DNA of 64,000 bases from Candidatus Sericytochromatia bacterium. GTDB lineage: Bacteria > Cyanobacteriota > Sericytochromatia > S15B-MN24 > JAQBPE01. A program made the position numbers and the translations under genes. Numbering within the stretch: position 1 is the stretch's first letter; each line of letters begins with the position of its first letter. This document shows, in pieces, positions 37,252-48,100 of this stretch. The stretch covers positions 1 to 64,000 of the forward strand of contig JAYKHR010000145.1 of NCBI GenBank assembly GCA_035285125.1. Reading direction: 5' to 3'. The notes beneath the pieces were generated by a model. The model worked only from the letters and a program-made list of their open reading frames with translations. It was not told where the DNA came from and did no database searches.

Positions 37252-38942
37252 GGCCCTCGCCCGGCCTCCTGATCCGCGCGTTCGGTGCCCTGCGCTTCGC
37301 GCACTTCGAGCGGGCCTGCCAGGACCCCCGGGCGTCACAGGCCCGTGCGCTGGCCCGCTACACCCGGCTGGCCCACGACACGGCCTTCGGCCGCGCGCAC
37401 GGGCTGACGCCCCACGAGACGCCCGAGAGCTTCGCGGCCAAGGTGCCGATCCGAGACTACGAGGGCTTCCGGCCCTACGTCGCCCGCACGATGGCCGGCG
37501 AGCCCCGCGTGCTCGCCCCCGACGCCCCCACGTGGTACGTCACGACCAGCGGCACCACGGGCGAGCCCAAGTACATCCCGGTCACGCCGCGCTGGTACGG
37601 GGCGCTGCGTCGCCAGCTCGGGCTCTGGCTGTACGGCGTGGCGCGCGACCACCCGGGCACCTTCGACGGCGCCCTGCTCACGATCGTGAGCCCGGCCGTG
37701 GAGGGTCACACCGCCGCGGGCACGCCCTGCGGCTCGATGTCCGGGCTGACGAACCAGCGGGCGCCCGGCTGGCTCCGCAGCCACTACGCGGTGCCGCAGG
37801 CGCTGGCCTGGATCGCCGACCACGAGGCCCGCTACGCGGCCTGTCTGCGCCTGGCGATGCAGCGGCCCCTGTCGCTGGTGATGACGCCCAACCCCTCGAC
37901 GCTGCTGCGGCTCGCGGCCGTGCTGGAGGCTCAGGCGGATACGCTGCTGGCCGCCCTCGCGGCAGGGACGCTGGGCCAGCCGTGGCCGGCGCTCATGGAC
38001 CTGCCGGGCGTGGACCCGGACGCCGTGCGCGAGGCCCTGACGACCCGCCTGAGCCCCGATCCGGCGCGCGCCCGCGCCATCGCCGCGCGGGCTTCCCGCG
38101 CCGGCAGGCTCCTGCCCGCCCATGTCTGGCCCGAGCTGCGCTTCATCGGCACCTGGCTGGGGGGCTCCGTCGGCCTGCATGCCCCCCGGCTGCGGCAGGC
38201 CTGGGGCGAGACCGCGGCGATGCGTGACCTCGGCCTGCTCGCGAGCGAGGGCCGCCTGACGGTGCCACTCACCGACGACACTCCCGTCGGGCCCCTCGAC
38301 GTGCTCGGGAACTACTACGAGTTCATCCCGGAGGACGCCCTCGACGCGCCACACCCGCCGGTGCTGGGGGCCCACCAGCTCGAAGTCGGCGCCCGCTACT
38401 ACGTCATCCTGACGAGCGGCAACGGGCTGCCCCGGTACGACCTTCACGACGTGGTCGAGGTGCGCGGGCACCACCACCGCACGCCCTGCGTCGCCTTCCT
38501 GCGCAAGGGCCGCGACATGCTCAGCCTGACGGGTGAAAAGCTGCACGTGAACCAGCTGCTCGCGGCGGTCGCTGCTGCCAGCGAGGCCGCGGGCCTGGGC
38601 GTGCGGCAGTGCCGCCTCGTGGGCGACGCGGCGGCCATCGCCTACGACTTGCTCGTCGAGCCCTGGGAGCCCCCGGGCGCCGCCGACGCGCTGCCGACCT
38701 TCGCCAGGGTGCTCGACGCCCGCCTCGCCGAGCTCAACGTCGAGTATGCCAGCAAGCGGGCCTCAGGCCGCCTGCCGGCGCCTCGGGTGTGCCTGATGCG
38801 CCCCGGCTGGTCGGAGGCGCTCACGGCCGTGGCCCTCGCGGCTGGCGTGCGGGACGCCCAGCTCAAGTGGAAGGTGCTGGCCGACGCTTGGGACGCGACG
38901 AGCCCGGCCTGGGTGGCCGAGGTGGCTGGAGACGCCCGGTAG
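37248..38942 (+). CDS. GH3-family acyl-adenylate/amide ligase
   Basis: TAFGRAHG, VPIRDYE, TTSGTTGEPKYIP, LASEG, YYEFIP, GLPRYDLHDVV, LTGEKL, LNVEYASKRASGRL. Confidence 0.92.
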   Translation: MRPSPGLLIRAFGALRFAHFERACQDPRASQARALARYTRLAHDTAFGRAHGLTPHETPESFAAKVPIRDYEGFRPYVARTMAGEPRVLAPDAPTWYVTTSGTTGEPKYIPVTPRWYGALRRQLGLWLYGVARDHPGTFDGALLTIVSPAVEGHTAAGTPCGSMSGLTNQRAPGWLRSHYAVPQALAWIADHEARYAACLRLAMQRPLSLVMTPNPSTLLRLAAVLEAQADTLLAALAAGTLGQPWPALMDLPGVDPDAVREALTTRLSPDPARARAIAARASRAGRLLPAHVWPELRFIGTWLGGSVGLHAPRLRQAWGETAAMRDLGLLASEGRLTVPLTDDTPVGPLDVLGNYYEFIPEDALDAPHPPVLGAHQLEVGARYYVILTSGNGLPRYDLHDVVEVRGHHHRTPCVAFLRKGRDMLSLTGEKLHVNQLLAAVAAASEAAGLGVRQCRLVGDAAAIAYDLLVEPWEPPGAADALPTFARVLDARLAELNVEYASKRASGRLPAPRVCLMRPGWSEALTAVALAAGVRDAQLKWKVLADAWDATSPAWVAEVAGDAR

Positions 38943-38983
38943 GCCCCTGGATTTCTACACCCGGCTGCGATACAACCCCTCCC

Positions 38984-40195
38984 ATGCGCCGCCTCGCCCT
39001 GACGCTCGCCACCCTCGCGCTGTGCCCGACGGCCGCGCACGCAGCCGAGGAGCCCGATTTCTCGTGGCTCAACGGCGTGAACCCGCAGCGCGTGGCGCCG
39101 CTGCGCACGGGTCCGCTCACGTGGACCTTCCTGATCGACAGCTACTACGGGCAGGCGTTGAACCAGCCCGCTGACCACACGGTCTTCCCGACGACCACGG
39201 CCCCGCGCCACCACGAGTTCGCGCTGAACCTCGGGCTCGTCGGGCTGGAGGTCACGGAGCACGAGGGGCTGTTCGGCAAGCTGGTGTTCCAGGGCGGGAC
39301 CTACGTCGACACGATCTTCGGCGGCGACCCGACGGTGAGCCGCGGCGCCTACAACACGCTGGGCTCCTTGCGGCATGTCCAGCAGGCCTGGGCCGGCCAC
39401 CGCTTCCCGGTGCTCTCGGGGCTGAACCTGGTAATGGGGCTGTTCCCGGCCTACATCGGGCTCGACAGCTACATCCCGCAGGAGAACTGGAGCTACACCC
39501 ACAACCTGTGCAGCGACTTCACGCCTTATTACTTGCAGGGCCTGATGGCGCAGCTCTTTCCGCGGCCGGAGCTCAAGACCGAGGTCTGGCTCGTCAACGG
39601 GTGGCAGACGCTCGGCAAGGTCGGCGAGGGCTTCGGCCTGGGCTACAGCGTGAACTGGCGGCCGCACGACCGCCTGAGCCTGACGCACAACGTCCTCGGC
39701 GGCCAACTGGGCGCGGACCCGACGCGCCACCGCTTCTTCACCGACAACTCGGTGCAGTGGCGTTACGCCGTGCAACCCACGCCCTGGCTGCGTCACCTGG
39801 CGCTGGCGGCGGTGGCGGACCTCGGCCACGAGGGCGCCTCCACCCAGGCGGGAGGGGCCCCTGCGACCTTCTTCGGCGGCGGCGGGCTGCTGCACCGCGC
39901 CGTCCTCGACGACAACTGGGCGGTGACGCTGCGGGCGAGCACCTTCAACGACCCCCAGCGGCTCGTGGCGCTGGTGCCCCCGTCGGGGGCCGGCGGGGGC
40001 GCCCCGCTGTGGGCCAGCGAGGCCACGCTGACGCTCGATCACAGCCCGTCACCCTGGATGCTGTACCGGCTGGAGGCCCGCCAGGACTGGGCCAGCACGC
40101 CCTATATCGCGGGGCCGGGCGGCGTGACGGGGAACGCCCCGGACCTGCGCACGGCCGGGGGGCGGGTGGTGTGGAATGCGACGGTGAGGTTCTAG
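38984..40195 (+). CDS. Outer membrane beta-barrel porin (DUF1597/BBP2-like)
   Basis: Signal peptide; IDSYYG, HHEFALNL, YIGLDSY..ENWSYT, TPYYLQG, WLVNGW; terminal Phe. Confidence 0.8.
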   Translation: MRRLALTLATLALCPTAAHAAEEPDFSWLNGVNPQRVAPLRTGPLTWTFLIDSYYGQALNQPADHTVFPTTTAPRHHEFALNLGLVGLEVTEHEGLFGKLVFQGGTYVDTIFGGDPTVSRGAYNTLGSLRHVQQAWAGHRFPVLSGLNLVMGLFPAYIGLDSYIPQENWSYTHNLCSDFTPYYLQGLMAQLFPRPELKTEVWLVNGWQTLGKVGEGFGLGYSVNWRPHDRLSLTHNVLGGQLGADPTRHRFFTDNSVQWRYAVQPTPWLRHLALAAVADLGHEGASTQAGGAPATFFGGGGLLHRAVLDDNWAVTLRASTFNDPQRLVALVPPSGAGGGAPLWASEATLTLDHSPSPWMLYRLEARQDWASTPYIAGPGGVTGNAPDLRTAGGRVVWNATVRF

Positions 40196-40237
40196 GCCCG
40201 CGCGCCCGGAAGCGGTCGGGAGCCCAGGCAGCCCCCG

Positions 40238-40678
40238 TCAGGCGATCGCCTCGGCCAGCGCCACAATGACCCCCGCCGGCCCTCGCATGTAGCAGAGCCT
40301 GTAAAACGCCTCGTACTGCACCACCTCGCCCATCAGCACCGCGCCGTGGGGGCGCAGGCGGGCCATGGCGGCATCGAGGTCGTCGACCTCGAACATGAGC
40401 TGCCGCAGGCCCAGCGCGTTCGGCGGGGCGATCGCCGGCTGCAGCGGGACCAGCCCCGGGTGGCGGTACCGCGTGAGTTCCAGCTGCCCATGGCCGTCTG
40501 GCGTCCGCATCATCGCGATGTCCGCCTGACAGCCCTCCAGCCCACACAGGCGGTCGACCCAGGGGCCCTCGACGGCAGCCTCGCCCACCAGGCTCAGGCC
40601 GAGCGCCTCGAAGAAGGCGATGGCCGCCGGGAGGTCATCGACGACCACGGTGGTGTGGTCGAGCTTCAGGCGCGTCAT
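40238..40678 (-). CDS. VOC/glyoxalase-family protein
   Basis: LDHTTVVVDDLPAAIAFF, MMRTPDGHGQLEL, YRLCYMRGPAG. Confidence 0.9.
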   Translation of the reverse strand: MTRLKLDHTTVVVDDLPAAIAFFEALGLSLVGEAAVEGPWVDRLCGLEGCQADIAMMRTPDGHGQLELTRYRHPGLVPLQPAIAPPNALGLRQLMFEVDDLDAAMARLRPHGAVLMGEVVQYEAFYRLCYMRGPAGVIVALAEAIA

Positions 40679-40736
40679 GCCCCCAGTGTAGCAGGCCCGG
40701 TGGCGTGCCCTGCTGGCTCCAGGGTATAGAGCGGGT

Positions 40737-43700
40737 GTGACAACGCCCCCCCCCGATCGGTTCACCAACCGCTACCGCGTGCTCGACACCCTCGGCGAAG
40801 GCGCCATGGGCGTGGTGTATCGCGTCGCCGACGTGCTGGACGGTCGGGCGGAACGCGCGTTGAAGGTGTTCAAGCCCGCGGCGGAGGCCGACGACGCCGA
40901 GGCCCGCCTGCGGTTCCGGGCCGAGTTCCACGCGATGTCCCGGCTGGGTCACCCCAACACGACGGAGGTGCTTGACTACGGCGAGCTGCCGAACGGCACG
41001 CTGTACATCGTGATGGAGCTCGTGCCCGGCCAGGAGCTCATGGAGGTGATCGGTGGCCGCCCGATGCCGCTCGAGGCGTGCTACCCGGTGCTGGCGCAGG
41101 TGCTGCAGGCCCTGGACTACATCCACGCCCGGCAGTTCCTGCACCGCGACATCAAGGCGGCCAACGTCCGCGTCCGGCCGGACGGCGTGGTGAAGGTGAT
41201 GGACTTCGGCCTGATGGGCCACGCCTCCCACGAGACCTCGCGGGCCGTCAGCGGCACGCCGGGCTACATGGCCCCGGAGATCCCGCTGGGCGGCGCCATC
41301 ACCCCCGCGGTGGACCTCTATGCCGTCGGCTGCCTGGCCTACGAGATGCTCACGGGCACGCTCCCGTTTTCGGGCTCCCTGGGCGAGGTGGTCCGCGGCC
41401 ACATGCGCGAGCCGCCGCCGTCGCTGGCGGCGCGTCGCCCCGAGCTGCCCCAGCCCCTGATCCGCCTCGTGGAGCGGCTGCTCGAGAAGGACCCCGCCCG
41501 CCGGCCACCGTCGGCCGGGCACGCCCTCGAGGAGCTCAGCGCCATCGCGGGCCTGCGCGCCACGCGCGCGAACGTGGAGCAGCAGCGCTCGTTCCTGGTC
41601 GCCAGCGAGCTTGTGGGGCGCGAGGCCGAGCTCGCCCGCCTGCAGGCGGGGCTGGACGACGCACTCGCGGGCCGCGGCAGCGCCCTGATGCTCGGGGCGC
41701 CCGCGGGCACCGGCAAGAGCCGGCTGGTGGCCGAGCTGAAGCTGCGGGCGCAGCTGGCAGGCTTCGTCGTGATGCACGGCCACTGCCACGAGGGCGGCAT
41801 GGCGCCCTTCGAGGCCCTGCGCGAGGCCATCCGGCCGGCCCTGGCGCACGGGACGCAGGAGGAGCGCGAGCAGTTCGCAGCACCCCTGGCGGCCCTCTTC
41901 CCCGAGTTCGGTGCGCCGGCGCAGGTGCGGGGCGCTCTGGTGGTCGAGCCTCTGCTGGCGTGGCTCGGGGGCCTGTCCGCGCGTTTGCCCCTGCTGCTCG
42001 TCGTCGATGACATGCACTGGGCCGATCAGGAGACGGTCGACGTCGTGAACCGCGGCATCCGCGAGGTGGGGGCGCACCGCGTGCTGTGCGTCTGCACCTT
42101 CCGCGACGACGAGACGCCGCCGGGCAGCAGCCTCTGGCACACGCTGGAGGAGGGCGCGAGCGAGCGCCTGAGCCTCGGCCCGCTCGATCGTGACGGCCAG
42201 GCGGCGCTGCTGACCTCGATGCTGCCGGGCGCCCAGGTCCCGGCAGGCTTCTCGGAGGGCCTGCTCCAGGCCACGGGCGGCAACCCGCTGTTCGTGCAGG
42301 CGGCCCTGAACGTGCTCCTCGAGGAGGGCCACCTGACACGCGACGGGAACAGCTGGCGCTTCCCGCTCGATCCCTCGGTGCTGGCCGGGCTCGAGCGGGT
42401 CGAGGCCAGCATCCAGCGCCGGCTGGCCCACCTGTCCCCCCGCTCGCGCGAGGTGCTCGACTGCGCCGCGGTGCTCGGCCGGCAGTGGACGCTCTGCACG
42501 CTGTCGGCCGTCACGGGGCTCGACGAGGACGCACTGTTCTGTGCCCTCGAGGACCTGACGCACCGGCAGCTGCTGGCGCGAGGCGAGACGGGGGCCTGCC
42601 ACTTCCCCCACGACCGCGTGCGGGAGGTGGCCCACGCGGCGCTGTCGCCAGCGGCCCGCGCAGCCCTGCACCTGCAGGCCGGCGAGGCCCTCGCCGCCAG
42701 GTCCGACGCCGACGCCCACGCCCGCGAGCTCGGTCGCCACTTCCTCGAGGGCGGTGACGACGCCCGGGCCTGGCGCTGGTTGGCGCGGGCCGGCCACCAG
42801 GCGCTGGCCGCCGGGGCGAGCTACACGGCGCTCGAGCACTTCCGCGACGCCGACCAGGCCCTGGCCCGCCTGCCGGGGGACCACCTCGCCGACCAGCTGC
42901 CGATGTGGCTGCTGGTGGGGCAGCACGGCTTCAACATCGCCACGGGCCTGGCCGCGCAGATGCTGCAGCGGGCGCTGGCCGCCCTGGAGGCGGACCCGGC
43001 CCGCGTCGCGGAGGTCCTGCGGCCGCTGGGGCGCAGCGTGGGGGAGATCCACGTCCTGTACGCGGCCGCGATGGGGCTGTGGGGGGAGCCCGCCCTGGCC
43101 CTGGCGGCCGTGGCGAAGCTGGAGGCGATCGCCCCGCGCGACGGCTCGCCCGCGAGCGCCATGCCCCTGGTGGCCGCGCTGCCCGCGCTGTTCGTGGCCG
43201 GCCGGCTCGATGCCACGCTGGCCCGGGCCAGGATGGCATCGAGCCTGCTCGCGGGGCCCCTGTCTCCCGGCACGCCCGCCCTGGTGCACACCATGCGGGT
43301 CGCGGCGATGGGCGCCCAGAACGTCCTGGCCTTTCAGGGCCTCCGGCCAGACCCCGCCATCCGTGATCAGGCCCTCGCTTACGCGCGCGAGCTCGGCGAC
43401 GACGACCCGTACCTGCCCTGGTTCTACTTCGGCGTCTGGGCCGCCTGGACGGGGCACAGCGCAGAGCTCGACGTCTACCTGGAGCGGACGGCGCGGAAGA
43501 ACCGCAAGCTGGGTGGCCCCCCCCACGTCTGGCTGCTGTACCTGGCCCCCTACATCCGCTGGCTGCGCGGCGAGACCGAGGGGGCGCTCGAGCAGATCGA
43601 GCGCAACCTCGCCATCCACCCCCACCTGAGCGAGCATGGGCTCACCCACATGCTCGCCCGCACGCTGCGCGGCCAGCTGCTGCTGGACCTCGGGCGCGTC

Positions 43701-44252
43701 CCCGAAGCCATGCAGGCGTTCGACACGCTGACGGCGTCAGCACGCGCCAAGGGGCTGCACCTGGCCTGGCAGTTCGGGCTCTACGGCCAGGGCCTCTGCC
43801 TGATCCACGCGGGCCGCCCCCACGACGCCGTGCCCCTGTTCGAGTCGCAGCGCGACGCCTCGCAGGATGAGCACCACCGCAACCCGCTGGGCCTGGCCTA
43901 TGCTCACCAGGGCCTCGGCCAGGCGTACATGGCGCTGGGCGACCCGCGCAGCCTCGGCCACCTCGACACGGCGCTGGCCATCGCCAAGCGGCCTGAGATG
44001 GACAACCTCTTCCAGCAAGCCGTCGTGCAACACCTTCGGGGCCTGGTGCTGCACGGCCAGGGGCGTCAGGCCGAGGCCGTGGCCGCACTCGGGGAGGCCG
44101 GGCGGCTGTTCGGCGTGATGCGCAGCCCGCACTGGCTGCACCGGGTGCATGTCGACCTGGCCCGCGTCCGCCAGGCCCCGCCGCCCCCCCCGCTCCCCGC
44201 CACGAACGCCGGCATCGAGGCGCGCTTCGAGCGCTTCAAGCGGCTGATGTGA
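40737..44252 (+). CDS. Ser/Thr protein kinase - STAND/AAA ATPase - TPR protein (paralog 2)
   Basis: GEGAMG, HRDIKAAN, DFG, APE; GAPAGTGKS; LVVDDMHWAD; collinear with 29632..33150. Confidence 0.92.
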   Translation: MTTPPPDRFTNRYRVLDTLGEGAMGVVYRVADVLDGRAERALKVFKPAAEADDAEARLRFRAEFHAMSRLGHPNTTEVLDYGELPNGTLYIVMELVPGQELMEVIGGRPMPLEACYPVLAQVLQALDYIHARQFLHRDIKAANVRVRPDGVVKVMDFGLMGHASHETSRAVSGTPGYMAPEIPLGGAITPAVDLYAVGCLAYEMLTGTLPFSGSLGEVVRGHMREPPPSLAARRPELPQPLIRLVERLLEKDPARRPPSAGHALEELSAIAGLRATRANVEQQRSFLVASELVGREAELARLQAGLDDALAGRGSALMLGAPAGTGKSRLVAELKLRAQLAGFVVMHGHCHEGGMAPFEALREAIRPALAHGTQEEREQFAAPLAALFPEFGAPAQVRGALVVEPLLAWLGGLSARLPLLLVVDDMHWADQETVDVVNRGIREVGAHRVLCVCTFRDDETPPGSSLWHTLEEGASERLSLGPLDRDGQAALLTSMLPGAQVPAGFSEGLLQATGGNPLFVQAALNVLLEEGHLTRDGNSWRFPLDPSVLAGLERVEASIQRRLAHLSPRSREVLDCAAVLGRQWTLCTLSAVTGLDEDALFCALEDLTHRQLLARGETGACHFPHDRVREVAHAALSPAARAALHLQAGEALAARSDADAHARELGRHFLEGGDDARAWRWLARAGHQALAAGASYTALEHFRDADQALARLPGDHLADQLPMWLLVGQHGFNIATGLAAQMLQRALAALEADPARVAEVLRPLGRSVGEIHVLYAAAMGLWGEPALALAAVAKLEAIAPRDGSPASAMPLVAALPALFVAGRLDATLARARMASSLLAGPLSPGTPALVHTMRVAAMGAQNVLAFQGLRPDPAIRDQALAYARELGDDDPYLPWFYFGVWAAWTGHSAELDVYLERTARKNRKLGGPPHVWLLYLAPYIRWLRGETEGALEQIERNLAIHPHLSEHGLTHMLARTLRGQLLLDLGRVPEAMQAFDTLTASARAKGLHLAWQFGLYGQGLCLIHAGRPHDAVPLFESQRDASQDEHHRNPLGLAYAHQGLGQAYMALGDPRSLGHLDTALAIAKRPEMDNLFQQAVVQHLRGLVLHGQGRQAEAVAALGEAGRLFGVMRSPHWLHRVHVDLARVRQAPPPPPLPATNAGIEARFERFKRLM

Positions 44253-44259
44253 GGCCCGG

Positions 44260-45108
44260 ATGCTGAGCTGGCCGCTGCGCGCCTGGCGCTTCTTCAAAGA
44301 CCACCCGTGGAACCTCGGCCCGGCCGTGGTGATGGCGATCGCCCACGGGCTGGCGCTGGCCGCCCCGACCCAGCCCTGCGAACCACGCTTCCTCGTGCTC
44401 GCGGGCTGCCTGTACCTGGTGTTCGGCTTCGCCACGACGCTGTACCTGCACCGCCACCTCACGCACCGGGCGTTCGAGCTCGCCGAGCCCCTGCGCTTCC
44501 TGGGCGCGATCGCCGCGGTGGCAGGGCTGGGGGGAGACCCCGTGGGCTGGGTCGGCGACCACCGCCACCACCACCAGCTGGCCGAGACCCCCGAGGACGT
44601 CCACAGCCCTCGCCGCGTGGGCGTCCTGCGCGCGCACTTCGGCTGGATGCTGCGCGAGGAAGACCCGGCGGTGCTCGGTACCCGCCACCTGGCCGAGGAC
44701 GTGCGCCGCGACGCTTACAACCGCCTGCTGGAGCACCCTGAGGCGGCGCTCGGCGTCCACCTCGCCGCCGCGGCCCTCGTGTACGCCTGGGGCGGCCTGC
44801 CCGGCCTGCTGTGGGGCTTCTACCTGCCCATCTTCGTCGCGCACCACGTGGTGTGGAGCGTCAACTCCCTCGCCCACGTGCGCTGGGGCGGCTACCGGAA
44901 CCACGACACCGACGACGACAGCGTGAACATCCCCGGGTGGTCCCTGGTGGCCCTCGGGGAGGGCTACCACAACAACCACCACCACGTGCCGCGCGCCGCC
45001 CGCATGGGGCAGCGCTGGTTCGAGGTGGACCCCACGGCGGGGCTCATCTGGCTGCTGGAGCGGCTCGGGCTGGCCCGGCAGGTGGCATGGGGTCCTGAGG
45101 GGGCCTGA
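44260..45108 (+). CDS. Membrane fatty acid desaturase (delta-9-like)
   Basis: His boxes HRHLTH, HRHHH, GEGYHNNHH; DVHSP, VNSLAH. Confidence 0.92.
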   Translation: MLSWPLRAWRFFKDHPWNLGPAVVMAIAHGLALAAPTQPCEPRFLVLAGCLYLVFGFATTLYLHRHLTHRAFELAEPLRFLGAIAAVAGLGGDPVGWVGDHRHHHQLAETPEDVHSPRRVGVLRAHFGWMLREEDPAVLGTRHLAEDVRRDAYNRLLEHPEAALGVHLAAAALVYAWGGLPGLLWGFYLPIFVAHHVVWSVNSLAHVRWGGYRNHDTDDDSVNIPGWSLVALGEGYHNNHHHVPRAARMGQRWFEVDPTAGLIWLLERLGLARQVAWGPEGA

Positions 45109-45115
45109 CGCCGCC

Positions 45116-48100
45116 CTACCAGCTCTCGGACGGCAGCCCCAGCAGCGCCCCCGTGCCGCGCACCACGGTGCGCGGCAGGCTGAAAGCGATGTAGTTGCCC
45201 GCCGCGACGCGCAGCCGGTCGGGGGCCTCGCAGAACGCCTCCACGGCCGCGGGCTCGAGGCCGACGGCGGCGGCGAGCAGCACCTCGCGGGCCCGAGCGG
45301 CATAGCCGGCCGCCTCGGGCTGGTAGGGGCGCGCCGCCGCCAGCCCGAACAGCGCGAGCGCACGCGGCACCTGGGCGCCCATGGCTTCGGCCACGTCCAG
45401 CAGCGCCCGGAAGTGCCCCGTGGCCTCCGGCGAGCCCGTCGCCAGGGCCCACTCGCCGAGCAGCGACCGCATGTCGGCGACCAGGGGCCTCACGCCGAGC
45501 CGCTCTGAGAGCACAAGCCCCTCAACGCCCAGGCGCCGCAGCAGGGGCCAGGCCTCCTGGTGCAGGGCCAGGCGCGCCCGGGCCCGAAGCAGCCGGAGGT
45601 GAGCGCCAGGGGCGGGCGTGCCTGCCGCGAGGGCCTCCGCCAGCAAGGCCTCGGCGCTGGCCTCGTCGTCGCGGCGCAGCGCGAGCTCCGCCCGCACGGC
45701 CAGCAGGCGCAGGGCCGGATCGCTGCCGCCGCCGGCGTCGACCAGGCCCACGAGGGACCCTGCTTCACCCTCTGCGGCGGCCAGGTCTCCGACGAAGAGG
45801 TACAGCTCGAGGGCGCCCTGACGCGCCATCACCTCCAGGTAGCGGTGGCTCAGCTCGGCCCCGAGCGCCTGGGCCCGCGCCAGCAGCGGGAGGGCCTCGG
45901 CAGGGCGGCCGAGGTGGGCCGCCGCCAGGGCCTCCACCAGCTGGGCGATGCCCAGCACGTAGCCGTTCTGCATCTGCATCGCCCGGCCATAGGCAGCCTG
46001 CGAGAGCTGCGCCGCCTGGTGGTAGTCTCCGACGCCGAGCGCGACCAGGGCCCGGTTGGCGAGGGCAGCCACCACGCCCGCGTGCGCCCCGAGCTGCTCG
46101 CTGAGGACCTGCGCCTGCTCGTAGGCACGGGCGGAGGCGCCGTAGTCCCCCATGGTCTGGTGGGCGCTGCCGAGGAGCATGTGGGCGTCGCGCAGCCCGC
46201 CCTGGTCGCCGAGCGACGGCAGCAGCCCGATGACCTCCTGCAGCAGCCTCAGGCCCCGCTCGGCCTGGCCAGAGGCATACGTCAGCAGCAGGCCGCCGAG
46301 GTGGCCGAGCGCCTCGGCCGTCAGCCGCGCCTCACCGGTAGCCCGCGCCTCCGCGAGGGCCGCCTCGGCCAGCGCGATCGCCTGGGCCGGCTGCCCCGTG
46401 AACAGCCACGTTCGCGACAGGTGCAGCGAGGCCGACGCGACGCCGACGCGATCGCCCAGGCCCGCATACAGGGCCCGGGCCCGCTCCCCCGCCGCGAGGG
46501 CCTCGTCCCAGGCTGCGAGCAGCCGCTGAACCTGCGCCAGGTCTGCCAGCACCTCGGCCTCGGCGGCCCGGTCGCCCAGCTCGGCCGCCAGCGGCAGGGC
46601 CTCGGCCAGCAGCAGCCGCGCCGCGTGGTTGGCCCCCAGGCCTCGGCGCACGCGAGCGAGGGCATGCAGGGCCTGCAGCCGCAGCGACATGCGCTCCGAG
46701 GCAGCCAGGGACAGCCCGGGCTCGTCGAGGGCCGTGATGGCGTCCTTCAGGAGCCGATCCGCCGGCGCCAGGGCCTGCAGCCCGAGGTGCCCCAGGCCCG
46801 CCGCCAGGGCATAGCGGGCCGTGCGCTCGCGGTCGCCCGCCCGCTGGAAGTGGTGCGCGAGCGCGGCCAGCCCCGTGGTCCGCTGCGGCCCGTCGGGGCC
46901 CAAGCCCACCAGCTCGGCCTCGATGGCCCGGCCCACCGCCTGGTGCAGCGCGACCAGCTGGTCGCCGGCCGTGTTGGCGTAGAGGAAGTCCGAGAAGTGG
47001 GGCTGCACGAAGCCGTAGGCGCCGCCGTCATCGCGGGCCAGGATGCCCCGACGCTCGAGCTCGTCGAGGGCCGCGAGCAGGCCGTCGTCGTCGAGCGCGG
47101 CCGCCTGCGCGATCCAGGCCGCAGGGGCCTCGCGCCCGTGCACCGCCAACAGCCTGGCCACGCGCTGCGGCACGGGCGACAGGCGGTCGACCTTGCCCAC
47201 GATCAGGGCCGAGAGCTGCCGGGGCACGAGCCCGGGCGAGAGCGCCACACGGGTGTCCCAGCGCCCGGCGCGCATCGCGAGTGCCCCGCTCGTCACGAGG
47301 TGCTCCAGCAAGCCCGCGATCACGAAGGGCACGCCTTCCGTCAGCTCGGCCACGCGCGCGACGAAGGCCGGATCGGGCTCGGCCACCCCGAGCATGGCGG
47401 CCACCACCTGCCCCACGGCAGGCTCGTCGAGGGGCATCACGGGCACGGCGGTGACGGCCGCGACCCAGTCGTCCGACCCCTCCGGCGGGTAATTGCCCGC
47501 CAGCACGAACAGCACCGGAACGCCTGCCAGCACGCGCATCAGGTTCGTGAGCAACTCCCGGCCGAGGGGCTCGACCCAGTGCCAGTCGTCGAGCAGCACC
47601 AGGAGCCCGGTTCGCCGCGCGTGGGCCTCCATCAGGGTCGCCACGGCCGCCTGGAGGCGGCGGCGCTCCCCGGCGGCCTCCAGCGGCGGGGCCGGCTCGA
47701 CGCCCGGCAGCGGCGTCAGCCGTGCGAGCACGGGTGCCACCGCCGCGAGGTCCTCCTCGGGCGGGCCGAGCGCCCGCCAGACGGCGGCGAGCAGCTCCAC
47801 CACGGTGGCGTAGGGGGCACCCTCGCGCTCGTGGCTCGCCGCTCGGATCACCGGCACGTTGGCGATCCCGGCCTGGGAGCGCAAGTCCTCCAGCAGCCGG
47901 CTCTTGCCGAGGCCCGGAGGACCGTGCAGGAGCACCGTGGCGCCGGCCTCCCCGCAGGCCACCTGGTTCAGCCGGTCCGTCAGCAGGGTCTGGGCCTGCT
48001 CGCGCCCCACGAGGGGCGAAGAGAGCAGGCTCTCCGCGAAGTGGTCGGGGATCGGGAAGCCCAGCGCCGCCAGGGCCTCGAAGGCGTTCTGAAAGCGTTC

